Positions 54,959-64,000 of a stretch of DNA of 64,000 nucleotides are shown piece after piece (position 1 is the first letter of the stretch; each line of letters begins with the position of its first letter). The translations under genes were made by a program, and so were the position numbers. Source of the stretch: Ruminococcus sp. (lineage in GTDB: Bacteria; Bacillota; Clostridia; Oscillospirales; Acutalibacteraceae); contig JAXJYO010000048.1 in NCBI GenBank assembly GCA_036306945.1, positions 604-64,603 of the forward strand, given 5' to 3'. The notes under the pieces were generated by a model. The model did no database searches. It saw only the letters and a list, made by a program, of their open reading frames with translations, and was not told the origin of the DNA.

Positions 54959-55657
54959 TTAAAGTCCGCATATATCTTTTATGACTTCGCCTGCAATGAT
55001 GAGTCCCATAACAGACGGCACAAATGCAAGACTTCCCACGGTCTTTTCGCCTTCAATTTTATAAGGCGGATTTTTGGGCTCTTCTTTTGAATAAACAACT
55101 TTGAGTTTTTTTATGCCGAGCTTTTTCAGTTCACGACGCATTATTCTTGCAAGAGGGCATACACTTGTTTTGTAGATGTCGCTGACTTCAAATTTTGTGG
55201 GGTCAAGCTTGTTTCCTGCGCCCATAGCTGAAATCATCGGAATGTTCAGCCTGTCGGCAATTTCAGCAATAGCAAGCTTTGCTTTGATATCATCAACTGC
55301 ATCAACAATGTAATCAAAGCTTGTAAAGTCAAAATCATCTGCATTTTCAGGCTTGAAAAATACGTTGTTAACTTTAACTTCCGCTTTTGGATTAATGTCA
55401 AGTATCCTGTCCTTCATCACATCAGCCTTGAATTTTCCTACAGTTGACGAAAGCGCAATTATTTGCCTGTTTATGTTGGAAACAGCAACAGTATCTCCGT
55501 CAAACAAAACGAGTTTGCCTACACCGCTTCGTGCAAGTGCTTCGCAGACATAACCGCCCACACCGCCTACACCGAAAACGGCAACTGTGCAATTATTAAG
55601 CTTTTCTATGTTGTCCTCACCGGTAATAAGTGAGGTTCTTATAAAACGTTCATCCAT
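54959..55657 (-). CDS. tcdA: tRNA threonylcarbamoyladenosine dehydratase (ThiF/E1-like)
   Basis: Rossmann motif VAVFGVGGVGG. Start set to the ATG at 55657 (MDERFIRTSL) behind an AAAGGAA RBS. Confidence 0.85.
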   Translation of the reverse strand: MDERFIRTSLITGEDNIEKLNNCTVAVFGVGGVGGYVCEALARSGVGKLVLFDGDTVAVSNINRQIIALSSTVGKFKADVMKDRILDINPKAEVKVNNVFFKPENADDFDFTSFDYIVDAVDDIKAKLAIAEIADRLNIPMISAMGAGNKLDPTKFEVSDIYKTSVCPLARIMRRELKKLGIKKLKVVYSKEEPKNPPYKIEGEKTVGSLAFVPSVMGLIIAGEVIKDICGL

Positions 55658-55750
55658 AAAATCATTCCTTTTCCCATACATTTTATTATAAAAAAATTTT
55701 GCAGTCAACATAATTTGCGCAATTATGCAGATACTATTGCGAACTATTAA

Positions 55751-55778
55751 TTGACTTTGCCGATTTGTATATTATAAT
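55751..55778 (+). promoter_or_regulatory. SigA-type promoter of the fructose PTS operon
   Basis: TTGACT (55751-55756), a 16-nt spacer, then TATAAT (55773-55778). Confidence 0.5.
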
Positions 55779-55824
55779 CTAAATAGAAGAGGAAATACTT
55801 ATACTATCGCTTTGGAGGCAAAAA

Positions 55825-56730
55825 ATGATTTACACCGTAACGTTGAACCCATCAATAGATTATATTGTAAGGCTCGATTCGTTCAGAAGAGGAGTAACCA
55901 ACCGCACAACAAGTGAGGAATATTACTTTGGCGGCAAAGGAATAAATGTTTCCTGCGTGCTTGCAGAACTTGACGTTGACAGCACAGCGTTCGGATTTGT
56001 TGCCGGATTCACGGGTGAAGCAATTGAACAGGGGATACGCAACGATAGGATCATAACAGACTTTATTGCCCTTAAAAACGGAATTTCAAGAATAAATGTA
56101 AAAATTAAAGCCGAAGAAGAAACAGAAATCAACTGTCAGGGTCCTGAGGTCACTGATGATGAACTCGAAAGATTATTGCAGAAGATCGACAGAATATCAG
56201 ACGGTGATACACTTGTGCTTGCAGGAAGTGTACCTGCAACTCTGCCTGATGATGTGTATGAAAGGATACTTAAAAGACTTGGAAATAAAAAAGTAAGAAT
56301 AGTTGTTGATGCCACAAAAAAGCTTTTGCTCAATTCGCTTTCATACAAACCCTTTCTGATAAAACCGAATCAACAGGAGCTTTCCGAAATTTTTGATGCG
56401 GAGATAAACAGTGAAGCTGATGTTGAAAAATATGCAAAACTTCTTCAGAAAATGGGAGCACAAAATGTGCTTGTGTCACTCGGAAAAGACGGTGCAATGC
56501 TTTTTGACGAAAACGGAGAAAAACATAAGTCAGGAACATTTGAGGGTAAAGTTGTAAACACCGTAGGTTCGGGTGATTCAATGGTTGCAGGATTTATAGC
56601 CGGATACGAAAAGGAGCACAACTATTCATATGCAATGAAATTAGGCACGGTATGCGGAAATGCAACGGCGTTTCTAAGCGGACTTGCAACGAAAGAGAAA
56701 ATCAAGGAATTGCTTTATAGATTTGATTAA
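55825..56730 (+). CDS. pfkB: 1-phosphofructokinase
   Basis: 301 aa. N-terminus MIYTVTLNPSIDY, with motifs GGKGINV and GSGDSMVAGF. Confidence 0.9.
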   Translation: MIYTVTLNPSIDYIVRLDSFRRGVTNRTTSEEYYFGGKGINVSCVLAELDVDSTAFGFVAGFTGEAIEQGIRNDRIITDFIALKNGISRINVKIKAEEETEINCQGPEVTDDELERLLQKIDRISDGDTLVLAGSVPATLPDDVYERILKRLGNKKVRIVVDATKKLLLNSLSYKPFLIKPNQQELSEIFDAEINSEADVEKYAKLLQKMGAQNVLVSLGKDGAMLFDENGEKHKSGTFEGKVVNTVGSGDSMVAGFIAGYEKEHNYSYAMKLGTVCGNATAFLSGLATKEKIKELLYRFD

Positions 56731-56741
56731 GGAGATACAAA

Positions 56742-58721
56742 ATGCGTATTACGGACTTGATTAAGAGCACAAGCGTAGCCCTTAATGTAAGCGTCAAAGA
56801 TAAGGACGAAGCAATCGGGAAGCTCGTTTCGCTTCATAAAATAAGCGGAAATCTTTTTGATGCAGACAAATTTAAAGAAGAAATTTTTAATAGGGAAGAA
56901 ATGGGCACGACCGCAGTAGGAATGGAAGTCGCCATTCCACACGCAAAGAGCGAAGCGGTGAAGTCACCTGCACTTTCTGCAATAACGGTGCCAAACGGTG
57001 TTGATTACGGTTCGGCTGATGGCAATCCCTGCAAGCTGATATTTATGATAGCGGCTACAACAGACGGAGATGTACATCTTGAAGTGCTTTCAAGATTGAT
57101 GCAGCTTCTTATGGATGAAGAATTTACATCAAAACTCAAAACAGCAAAAACAGCAGAAGAATTTCTCTCAATTATAGATGAAAAAGAAACCGAAAAATTT
57201 TCCGATGAGGCAAAAAAGCAGCGTAATGATGTATCTGATTCGGAAACAAATTCAAATAAAGTGAAAAAAGGCTACAGGGTGCTTGCCGTAACAGCTTGTC
57301 CTACAGGAATTGCACATACTTATATGGCGGCTGAAGCACTTGAAAAAGCAGGCAGAAAGTTAGGTATTACAGTAAAAGCGGAAACTAACGGTTCCGGCGG
57401 TGCAAAAAATGTGCTCACCGCTGAGGAAATTGAAAATTGCGACGGAATTATCATTGCGGCTGACAAAAGTGTTAATACCGCTCGATTTGACGGCAAGCCT
57501 GTATATATAACAAAGGTTGCCGACGGAATCAATAAGCCTGAGGAACTTATCAATAAGATAGTCAACGGTGAAGCTTCTGTTTTCCACGCCGACCGCAAGG
57601 ATGTGTCGGAAAGCAGTGACATTGCAAACGAAAGCTTAGGCAGACAGATTTACAAACACCTGATGAACGGTGTATCACATATGCTTCCTTTTGTTGTTGC
57701 AGGCGGAATTTTTATTGCAATTGCATTTTTGATAGATTCGGCTATGGGTGTTTCAGCCGAGGGCAACAGCGCATTCGGAACAGTTACACCCGTTGCCAAT
57801 TGGTTCAAAACAATCGGCGGTTATGCTTTCAACTTTATGTTGCCGATTCTTGCAGGTTTCATTGCAAAGTCAATTGCTGACCGTCCGGGTTTGCTTGTAG
57901 GTTTTGTCGGAGGTTTTCTGGCTTCAAACGGCGCAACTTTTGCAGACCCTGCGGCAGTAAACACAGTTCCTTCGGGATTCTTGGGAGCACTTCTTGCAGG
58001 CTTTGCAGGCGGATATTTAATGCTTTTGGTTGAAAAGCTTTGTGATTTCCTTCCTGATTCACTCGAAGGTATCAAGCCTGTGCTTGTTTACCCTCTTGCA
58101 GGACTTGGCATAATCGGTATTATGATGTGCGCCGTAAATCCTATAATGGGTATGGTCAACACAGGGCTTAACAACGGTCTTAATTGGCTGAACGAAAATA
58201 ATCTTGGCGTGCTTCTCGGCTGTATTTTGGGGGCAATGATGTCAATAGATATGGGTGGTCCGTTCAATAAGGCTGCTTACACTTTTGCATCGGTCGGTCT
58301 TGCAGGAGCAACGACAGCAAACTATGAGATTATGGCTTCTGTAATGATTGGCGGTATGGTTCCGCCGCTTGCGCTTGCGCTGTCAACAACATTTTTCAAA
58401 AACAGATGGACAGCCGAAGAACGCAAAAACGGCGTGGTAAACTATATTATGGGACTTTCCTTTATTACAGAGGGAGCAATTCCTTATGCGGCATCGTCAC
58501 CGCTTACGGTCATACCGTCGTGTGCGATAGGTGCGGCAGTTGCAGGCGGACTTTCTTGGATATTCGGTTGCACTCTTATGGCACCGCACGGAGGAATATT
58601 CGTTGTTGCAACGATAGGAAATCCATTGATGTATTTGCTTGCTTTGGCAATAGGAGCAGTGGTTGGTATGCTTATGCTTGCAATTCTTAAAAAGCCACTT
58701 GACGTAAAAGAGCCAAAGTAA
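56742..58721 (+). CDS. fruA: PTS fructose transporter subunit IIABC
   Basis: IIA (AIPHAKS), IIB (VTACPTGIAHTYMAAE), then a multi-TM IIC domain. Confidence 0.9.
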   Translation: MRITDLIKSTSVALNVSVKDKDEAIGKLVSLHKISGNLFDADKFKEEIFNREEMGTTAVGMEVAIPHAKSEAVKSPALSAITVPNGVDYGSADGNPCKLIFMIAATTDGDVHLEVLSRLMQLLMDEEFTSKLKTAKTAEEFLSIIDEKETEKFSDEAKKQRNDVSDSETNSNKVKKGYRVLAVTACPTGIAHTYMAAEALEKAGRKLGITVKAETNGSGGAKNVLTAEEIENCDGIIIAADKSVNTARFDGKPVYITKVADGINKPEELINKIVNGEASVFHADRKDVSESSDIANESLGRQIYKHLMNGVSHMLPFVVAGGIFIAIAFLIDSAMGVSAEGNSAFGTVTPVANWFKTIGGYAFNFMLPILAGFIAKSIADRPGLLVGFVGGFLASNGATFADPAAVNTVPSGFLGALLAGFAGGYLMLLVEKLCDFLPDSLEGIKPVLVYPLAGLGIIGIMMCAVNPIMGMVNTGLNNGLNWLNENNLGVLLGCILGAMMSIDMGGPFNKAAYTFASVGLAGATTANYEIMASVMIGGMVPPLALALSTTFFKNRWTAEERKNGVVNYIMGLSFITEGAIPYAASSPLTVIPSCAIGAAVAGGLSWIFGCTLMAPHGGIFVVATIGNPLMYLLALAIGAVVGMLMLAILKKPLDVKEPK

Positions 58722-58800
58722 TATAATATCTGTATAAATTTGCAAAAATTTTATGCAACTGCCTTGTGTATGTTGCAATAAGCAGATAAGGAGAATAATT

Positions 58801-59064
58801 ATGGTATCAAAGAAACTTACACTCACAAATGCACAGGGATTTCATATGCGTCCTGCATCTGTATTTGCGTCTTCAATGGGAAAGTATTCCTGTAGTGTGA
58901 CGATCAAATTTAACGGAAATGACTATAATGCTAAAAGTCTGCTCAATATTATTGCGGCTTGCATCAAGTGCGGAAGCGAAATTGAGGTAGTTTGCAACGG
59001 TCCCGATGAAAACGAAGCTCTTGAAGAGGCAACAACACTTATTGAAAGCGGACTCGGAGAATAA
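58801..59064 (+). CDS. ptsH: Phosphocarrier protein HPr
   Basis: The ATG at 58801 lies behind an AAGGAGA RBS. It has the His-15 motif GFHMRPAS and a Ser-46 region NAKSLLNI. Confidence 0.9.
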   Translation: MVSKKLTLTNAQGFHMRPASVFASSMGKYSCSVTIKFNGNDYNAKSLLNIIAACIKCGSEIEVVCNGPDENEALEEATTLIESGLGE

Positions 59065-59090
59065 ACAAAGTTCCATCTGAGGTGACAATT

Positions 59091-60794
59091 ATGTTAAACG
59101 GAACAGCCGCATCCGACGGTATAGGAATCGGAAGAGTAATGCTCATTGAGGAAACATCACTTGAATACACACCAAAGGCGGCTACAGATCCCGATGAGGA
59201 AACAAAACGATTCAGAAATGCAGTAAAAATATTTTGTGACAACACAAAAGCACAGGCAGATGCACTCAGAGAGTCTACAGGTGACAAAGAAGCAGAGATT
59301 CTCGAAGGTCATATACAGATGATAAGTGACCCTTATCTCAGTTCAGAGATTGAAAAGTTGATTTCTGACGGTCAATGCGCTGAATCTGCGCTTGAGCATA
59401 TGTGCGATATGTTCATAACAATGTTTACTGCAACTGAGGACGAGCTTACACAGCAGCGTGCGGCTGATGTCAGGGACGTAAAAACAGGTGTGCTGAGCAT
59501 ACTTCTCGGAGTTAAAGAAATAAAAATCAGCGCAGCTCCTAAGGGCACGGTCATTGTGGCTAAGGAACTAACTCCGTCAATGACGGCAGGGATAAACAAG
59601 GATAACATAGTCGGAATTATTACCGAAACGGGAGGAAAAAACTCACATTCGGCAATTCTTGCGAGAGCACTTGAGATTCCCGCTGTGCTCAGTTTAAGCG
59701 GTGCAGTTACGAAGCTTTCCGCCGGAGAGCAGGTCATTGTTGACGGAAACACAGGTGAGGTCATCGCTTCTCCCGAAGATGATGAAATAAAAAAATACGA
59801 GCAAAAACGTAAAAAATTTCTTGAAGAAAGAAATGAACTCGAAGCTTTCAGGGGGAAAAAGACTGTTTCTGCAAGCGGCGAGGAATATGAGCTTTTTTGT
59901 AATATTGCACAGCCCGAAGGCGCATTGCGTGTTTCAGACTATGACGGTGAGGGTGTCGGACTTTTCCGCACAGAATTTTTGTTTATGGACAGAAACTCCG
60001 TTCCGTCGGAGGACGAGCAGTTTGAAGCCTATAAAAAGACCGTTCTTATGCTCAAAGGCAATCCTCTTATAATAAGAACCCTTGACATAGGCGGAGATAA
60101 AGCTATTCCATGCCTTGGAATGGAAAAGGAAGAAAACCCGTTTATGGGCTTTCGTGCGATCAGATATTGTCTGAAAAACAAGGATATTTTTACCTCTCAG
60201 CTCCGAGCAATACTCAGGGCAAGCGCATACGGAGATATAAGAATAATGTTTCCGCTTGTGACTACTGTTGAGGAACTCGGAGAGGGAAAAAGACTTGTTG
60301 AAGAAATTAAAGCTGAACTCAGAGAAAAGAACATTGACTTTGATAAAAATATAAAAATCGGTGTGATGATAGAAACTGCGTCGTCGGCTGTAATTGCAGA
60401 CCTGCTTGCAAGGGAAGCAGACTTTTTCAGCATCGGAACAAATGATCTGACAGGTTATACAATGTCGTGTGACAGAGGAAACAGCGAGGTTTCGTATTTA
60501 TATTCACCGTTTCAGCCTAGTGTTCTCAGACTCATCAAATATGTCATTGAATGTGGCAACAAGAATAATATTCCTGTCGGAATGTGCGGAGAAGCAGCGG
60601 CAAATAGTATGATGATTCCGCTTCTTATGTCGTTTGGGCTCACTGAATTCAGTGTGTCTGCACCGTCAGTTTTGAGGGTGAGAAAGACGATTTCGCAATG
60701 GACAAAGGAAGATGCCGACAAAGCGGCTGAAAAAGTAATGTCGATGAGTACGGAAAAAGAAATTTGTGACTATCTCACAACTATAGCAAAATAA
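59091..60794 (+). CDS. ptsI: Phosphoenolpyruvate--protein phosphotransferase (Enzyme I)
   Basis: Active-site region GGKNSHSAILARA and a C-terminal PEP-utilising motif (GTNDL, MCGE). Confidence 0.93.
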   Translation: MLNGTAASDGIGIGRVMLIEETSLEYTPKAATDPDEETKRFRNAVKIFCDNTKAQADALRESTGDKEAEILEGHIQMISDPYLSSEIEKLISDGQCAESALEHMCDMFITMFTATEDELTQQRAADVRDVKTGVLSILLGVKEIKISAAPKGTVIVAKELTPSMTAGINKDNIVGIITETGGKNSHSAILARALEIPAVLSLSGAVTKLSAGEQVIVDGNTGEVIASPEDDEIKKYEQKRKKFLEERNELEAFRGKKTVSASGEEYELFCNIAQPEGALRVSDYDGEGVGLFRTEFLFMDRNSVPSEDEQFEAYKKTVLMLKGNPLIIRTLDIGGDKAIPCLGMEKEENPFMGFRAIRYCLKNKDIFTSQLRAILRASAYGDIRIMFPLVTTVEELGEGKRLVEEIKAELREKNIDFDKNIKIGVMIETASSAVIADLLAREADFFSIGTNDLTGYTMSCDRGNSEVSYLYSPFQPSVLRLIKYVIECGNKNNIPVGMCGEAAANSMMIPLLMSFGLTEFSVSAPSVLRVRKTISQWTKEDADKAAEKVMSMSTEKEICDYLTTIAK

Positions 60795-60801
60795 AATTTA
60801 T

Positions 60802-60840
60802 AAAGCCTTTCGATTTTTCGGAAGGCTTTGTTGTTTGTTT
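60802..60840 (+). terminator. Rho-independent terminator after ptsI
   Basis: 9-bp stem AGCCTTTCG/CGGAAGGCT (one G-U pair), followed by TTGTTGTTTGTTT. Confidence 0.65.
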
Positions 60841-60843
60841 AAA

Positions 60844-60860
60844 AGTCAGAAAAAGTCAAA
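60844..60860 (+). promoter_or_regulatory. CtsR box (distal)
   Basis: AGTCAGA-AAA-AGTCAAA compared with the consensus RGTCAAA-NAN-RGTCAAA; one mismatch. Confidence 0.6.
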
Positions 60861-60932
60861 AATATTTTCAAATTTGAGTATCTGAGAGTATTCGTGAGAA
60901 AATCAAAGAAAATGAAAGATTATGCTTTGTAA

Positions 60933-60965
60933 ATTGACTTTTATTGACTTTGACTTTGTCTGACT
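60933..60965 (-). promoter_or_regulatory. Cluster of four CtsR heptads overlapping the -35 of the ctsR promoter
   Basis: The minus strand reads AGTCAGA-CAA-AGTCAAAGTCAAT-AAA-AGTCAAT. Confidence 0.7.
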
Positions 60966-60978
60966 TTCAAAATATAAT
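60950..60978 (+). promoter_or_regulatory. Consensus SigA promoter of ctsR-mcsA-mcsB-clpC
   Basis: TTGACT (60950-60955), a 17-nt spacer, then TATAAT (60973-60978). Confidence 0.65.
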
Positions 60979-61040
60979 ATAATCAAAGGTCAGGGAAAGA
61001 CAAACACAGTCCTGAAACTTATATAAAAGAGGCGATAAAA

Positions 61041-61490
61041 ATGAGGATGAGCGATTTAGTAGCAAAATATATAATCGAAATGCTGGATGAACAGAACGGA
61101 AGCGCTGAAATTCAGCGAAATGAACTTGCGGGAAATCTCGGATGTGTTCCGAGCCAGATAAATTATGTAATCACTTCACGCTTTACCCCTGAGCAGGGAT
61201 ATATAGTTGAAAGCCGACGTGGAGGCGGTGGTTACATCAGAATCAGTCGTGTGAAGATGGATAGAGGAACTGCAATTATGCATATAATAAATTCAGTCGG
61301 CAATTCACTTGACAAGGCAACGGCTGAGGTAATGCTCAACAATATGATTCAAAGGCAGATGATGGAAATTCAGTCGGCAAAAATCATTGCAACTGCATTA
61401 TCTGATAGAACTTTGTCAAGAATAGAGCAGGACAAACGTGATATGGTTCGTGCAGATTTATTTAAAAATATGCTTCTCACACTTGAATAA
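61041..61490 (+). CDS. ctsR: Class III stress gene repressor CtsR
   Basis: 149 aa. N-terminus MSDLVAKYIIEML and the pattern QINYVITSRFT...GYIVESRRGGGGYIRI. Confidence 0.9.
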   Translation: MRMSDLVAKYIIEMLDEQNGSAEIQRNELAGNLGCVPSQINYVITSRFTPEQGYIVESRRGGGGYIRISRVKMDRGTAIMHIINSVGNSLDKATAEVMLNNMIQRQMMEIQSAKIIATALSDRTLSRIEQDKRDMVRADLFKNMLLTLE

Positions 61491-61508
61491 TCGAACGGAG
61501 GTAATAAT

Positions 61509-62015
61509 ATGAAATGTCAGAAATGCGGCGCAAACAATGCTACAACTCATGTGAAAACAATAATCAACGGTGAACTCAGAGAATATGACCTTTGCAGTGA
61601 GTGTGCACACAAGATGGGATATACAAATGTGTTCGGCGATATGGAAAATGAGTTTTCAAACTTCCTCGGAAGCTTTTTCGGAAATGTACTTCCTGCAAGA
61701 ACACAGGCTACAAGATGTGAGTTCTGCGGAAGCACTTATTCAGACATTGCAAAATCCGGTCATGTAGGATGTGCAAAGTGCTACGAAATTTTTGCCGATG
61801 AACTTTATCCTTCAATCAGACGAATTCACGGCAACACAACTCATTGCGGAAAGAACAGTTCGGTTGCTGAAAAAACAAAGCAGTCAAAAGCCAAGACCGA
61901 AACTAAAGAAGAAAAAATCAAGAAACTCAAAGCACAGCTTGAAAGCGCAATCAAGGAGCAGAATTTTGAACTTGCGGCAGAGCTGAGAGATAAAATCAAG
62001 GAAATGGAGGCGTAA
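61509..62015 (+). CDS. mcsA: UvrB/UvrC-motif protein McsA (activator of McsB)
   Basis: N-terminal zinc fingers (CQKCG...CSEC, CEFCG...CAKC) and a C-terminal UVR motif (FELAAELRDKIKEME). Confidence 0.85.
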   Translation: MKCQKCGANNATTHVKTIINGELREYDLCSECAHKMGYTNVFGDMENEFSNFLGSFFGNVLPARTQATRCEFCGSTYSDIAKSGHVGCAKCYEIFADELYPSIRRIHGNTTHCGKNSSVAEKTKQSKAKTETKEEKIKKLKAQLESAIKEQNFELAAELRDKIKEMEA

Positions 62016-62017
62016 TA

Positions 62018-63010
62018 ATGGACAACAAAGTAGTAATTTCAACCAGAGTAAGACTTGCCAGAAACCTGAAAAACTTTCCTTTTCCCTGCAAACTCAATTT
62101 ACAGGGCAGAGAAAAGGTAGTTGAAAAAGTCAAAGGTGCAATCAAAGACAGCAACAGTTCAATTGCCTCGGATTTTTCCTTTATAAAAATGAGTGAACTC
62201 ACACCAAAACAGAGAGTATCTCTTGTTGAAAGACGACTCGTAAGCCCTGAGTTCGTGAATGACTCAGAGGGTGGAGCCTTGCTTCTCAGCAAAGACGAGA
62301 GCCTGAGTATTATGATCAACGAGGAGGATCATATCAGACTTCAGGTGATCACCGACGGACTTTCACTTGAGGATGCGTATGACACAGCCGACAAGCTTGA
62401 CACGCTTCTTGATGAAAATCTTGAATTTGCATTTGATGAAAAACTCGGCTATCTCACACAGTGTCCGACAAACCTCGGAACAGGAATGAGAGCATCGGTA
62501 ATGCTTCATCTACCTGCACTAGAAAAGAGCAAGGCAATTGGCAGAATTGCAGGAAATCTCTCAAAACTCGGACTTACAATAAGAGGCGCACACGGTGAGG
62601 GCACAGAGCCAAACGGCGCACTTTATCAGCTTTCAAATCAGGTAACACTCGGAATATCCGAAAAATCTGCAATTGAAAATCTCAAGAACATAACACTACA
62701 GCTTGTTGCACAGGAAAATCAGGCGAGAGAACGCCTTTGTGCGAGCATTGATATTCAGGATACGATCAGCAGAAGTCTTGGAATACTCAGATCTGCACTT
62801 GTGATATCGCACGATGAAGCACTCAAGCTCTTGTCAAACGTACGTTTAGGCATCGTGTCCGGTCAGATTACCGATGTTACAACTGAAACAGTCGATAACC
62901 TTATGCTTGCGGTAGAACCTGCAACGCTGTCAGTGAATATCAACAAGAACCTGTCGGCACATGACAGAGATATTGAAAGAGCAAAGTTGTTAAGAAAAAC
63001 ATTGTCATAA
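62018..63010 (+). CDS. mcsB: Protein arginine kinase McsB
   Basis: Phosphagen-kinase motifs EEDHIRLQ and CPTNLGTGMRAS. Confidence 0.9.
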   Translation: MDNKVVISTRVRLARNLKNFPFPCKLNLQGREKVVEKVKGAIKDSNSSIASDFSFIKMSELTPKQRVSLVERRLVSPEFVNDSEGGALLLSKDESLSIMINEEDHIRLQVITDGLSLEDAYDTADKLDTLLDENLEFAFDEKLGYLTQCPTNLGTGMRASVMLHLPALEKSKAIGRIAGNLSKLGLTIRGAHGEGTEPNGALYQLSNQVTLGISEKSAIENLKNITLQLVAQENQARERLCASIDIQDTISRSLGILRSALVISHDEALKLLSNVRLGIVSGQITDVTTETVDNLMLAVEPATLSVNINKNLSAHDRDIERAKLLRKTLS

Positions 63011-63064
63011 TGAAAAAACAGCGGCGGATATTATTCGCCCAAATTTAAAAGAGGTGGGATATAT

Positions 63065-64000
63065 ATGTATGAATTCAGAGGTTTCACACAAAAAGCAAAC
63101 AAGGCTCTTAATCTTGCCCTTGAGGGCGCACAGGAGCTTGGACAAAGCTATGTAGGAACAGAACATCTTCTCCTCGGACTCATCAGAGAGGGCACAGGAG
63201 TTGCGGCAGTAGCACTTGAGCAGTGCTCAGTATCTGAGAATGAAATAATCGCAAAAATCGGCAGAGAAAATCAGACAAATATCAAGCTTACACCGAATGA
63301 TTTTACTCCCCGCACAAAGAGAGTTCTCAAAGCGGCGATGCTTGCATCTTCAAGAATGGGCAACAGCTATGTCGGCACAGAGCATATCCTTCTGGCAATT
63401 GTGTCAGAAAGCGACAGCTATGCAACTGCGTTTCTGCGTGAAATGGGAGTGACCGAAGACGCTGTATACAAGGCTGTCACAGGCTGTATGCAGAGCGGCA
63501 AGGCTGAAAACTCATATAACGACAGCGAAGGCGGATTCGCTGAAAATGGCGGACATCAGAACGGTTCGGCACTTGATAAATTCGGCAGAGATTTGACTAA
63601 AGCCGCAAAATCGGGTGAAATCGACCCTGTGATCGGACGAGAAAAGGAAATCGAGAGAGTAATTCAGATACTTTCTCGCCGTACAAAGAATAATCCTGTT
63701 TTAATCGGTGAACCGGGTGTAGGTAAAACGGCTGTTGCTGAAGGACTTGCACTTGAAATCGCAAACGGAAATGTTCCTGAAATTCTCAAAGATAAAAAGG
63801 TCGTAAGCCTCGACCTCGCGGGAATGATTGCAGGTGCAAAGTACAGAGGTGATTTTGAGGAGCGAATCAAAGCCGCAATTGACGAGGTTAAAAAGTCGAA
63901 GGATACTATCCTTTTCATCGATGAACTTCACACAATTGTAGGTGCAGGTGCGGCTGAAGGCAGTGCAGATGCCGCAAATATTCTTAAACCGTCGCTTGCA
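63065..64000 (+). CDS. clpC: ATP-dependent Clp protease ATP-binding subunit ClpC, N-terminal 312 codons; gene runs off the window
   Basis: My translation gives [39 protein letters not shown] (Clp_N repeats). It continues to [37 protein letters not shown] (Walker A) and [12 protein letters not shown]. There is no stop before 64000. Confidence 0.92.
   Translation, partial: MYEFRGFTQKANKALNLALEGAQELGQSYVGTEHLLLGLIREGTGVAAVALEQCSVSENEIIAKIGRENQTNIKLTPNDFTPRTKRVLKAAMLASSRMGNSYVGTEHILLAIVSESDSYATAFLREMGVTEDAVYKAVTGCMQSGKAENSYNDSEGGFAENGGHQNGSALDKFGRDLTKAAKSGEIDPVIGREKEIERVIQILSRRTKNNPVLIGEPGVGKTAVAEGLALEIANGNVPEILKDKKVVSLDLAGMIAGAKYRGDFEERIKAAIDEVKKSKDTILFIDELHTIVGAGAAEGSADAANILKPSLA

Overview
This is a 64-kb chromosomal window from a low-GC, spore-forming Firmicute of the class Clostridia. 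The spoIIAA-spoIIAB-sigF operon, a dockerin-bearing protein and the overall gene content suggest a Ruminococcus-like organism, but I cannot verify that without a search. The content is overwhelmingly housekeeping. It includes sigF/spoIIA, folC, rsmI, two heterodimer-type ABC exporters, and a TetR/ABC-ATPase/FtsX cassette. It also carries the glycolytic block pgk-orf119-tpiA-gpmI, trmL, and a 1065-aa secreted beta-helix/Big_2 protein. A cell-wall neighbourhood follows (M23 peptidase, luxS, GH25 muramidase, Fn3-L,D-transpeptidase, NodB deacetylase), then cysS-cysE-pgsA, rimO-recX-recA, prmC, a two-component system, trmB, nif3-trmK and a ComM/YifB ATPase. After a strand switch near 41 kb come a SigH-like sigma factor, pdxK with an ECF S-component, a small radical-SAM protein, ackA, tmcAL, glgB, a dockerin protein, queH and tcdA. 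The window ends with a fruK-fruA-ptsH-ptsI operon and ctsR-mcsA-mcsB-clpC (clpC runs off the end). I saw no rRNA or tRNA genes, no CRISPR array, and no transposase, integrase or phage genes. I did not find a convincing novel multi-gene system. The best second-look items are: (1) a lipoprotein C39-like peptidase interrupted by one in-frame TAG just upstream of its catalytic Cys; (2) a self-contained TetR/ABC/FtsX cassette bracketed by a 44-nt (43/44 identical) direct repeat of the gpmI terminator; (3) an uncharacterised 119-aa gene and a GC-rich structured spacer embedded in the pgk-tpiA-gpmI operon, plus a recurring ATTTATC[A/G]AA motif; (4) four tandem 261-bp coding repeats in the giant surface protein; (5) a lysine-rich tail on GlgB next to a dockerin protein of unknown function. 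All coordinates were derived by hand and small features may be off by 1-2 nt.
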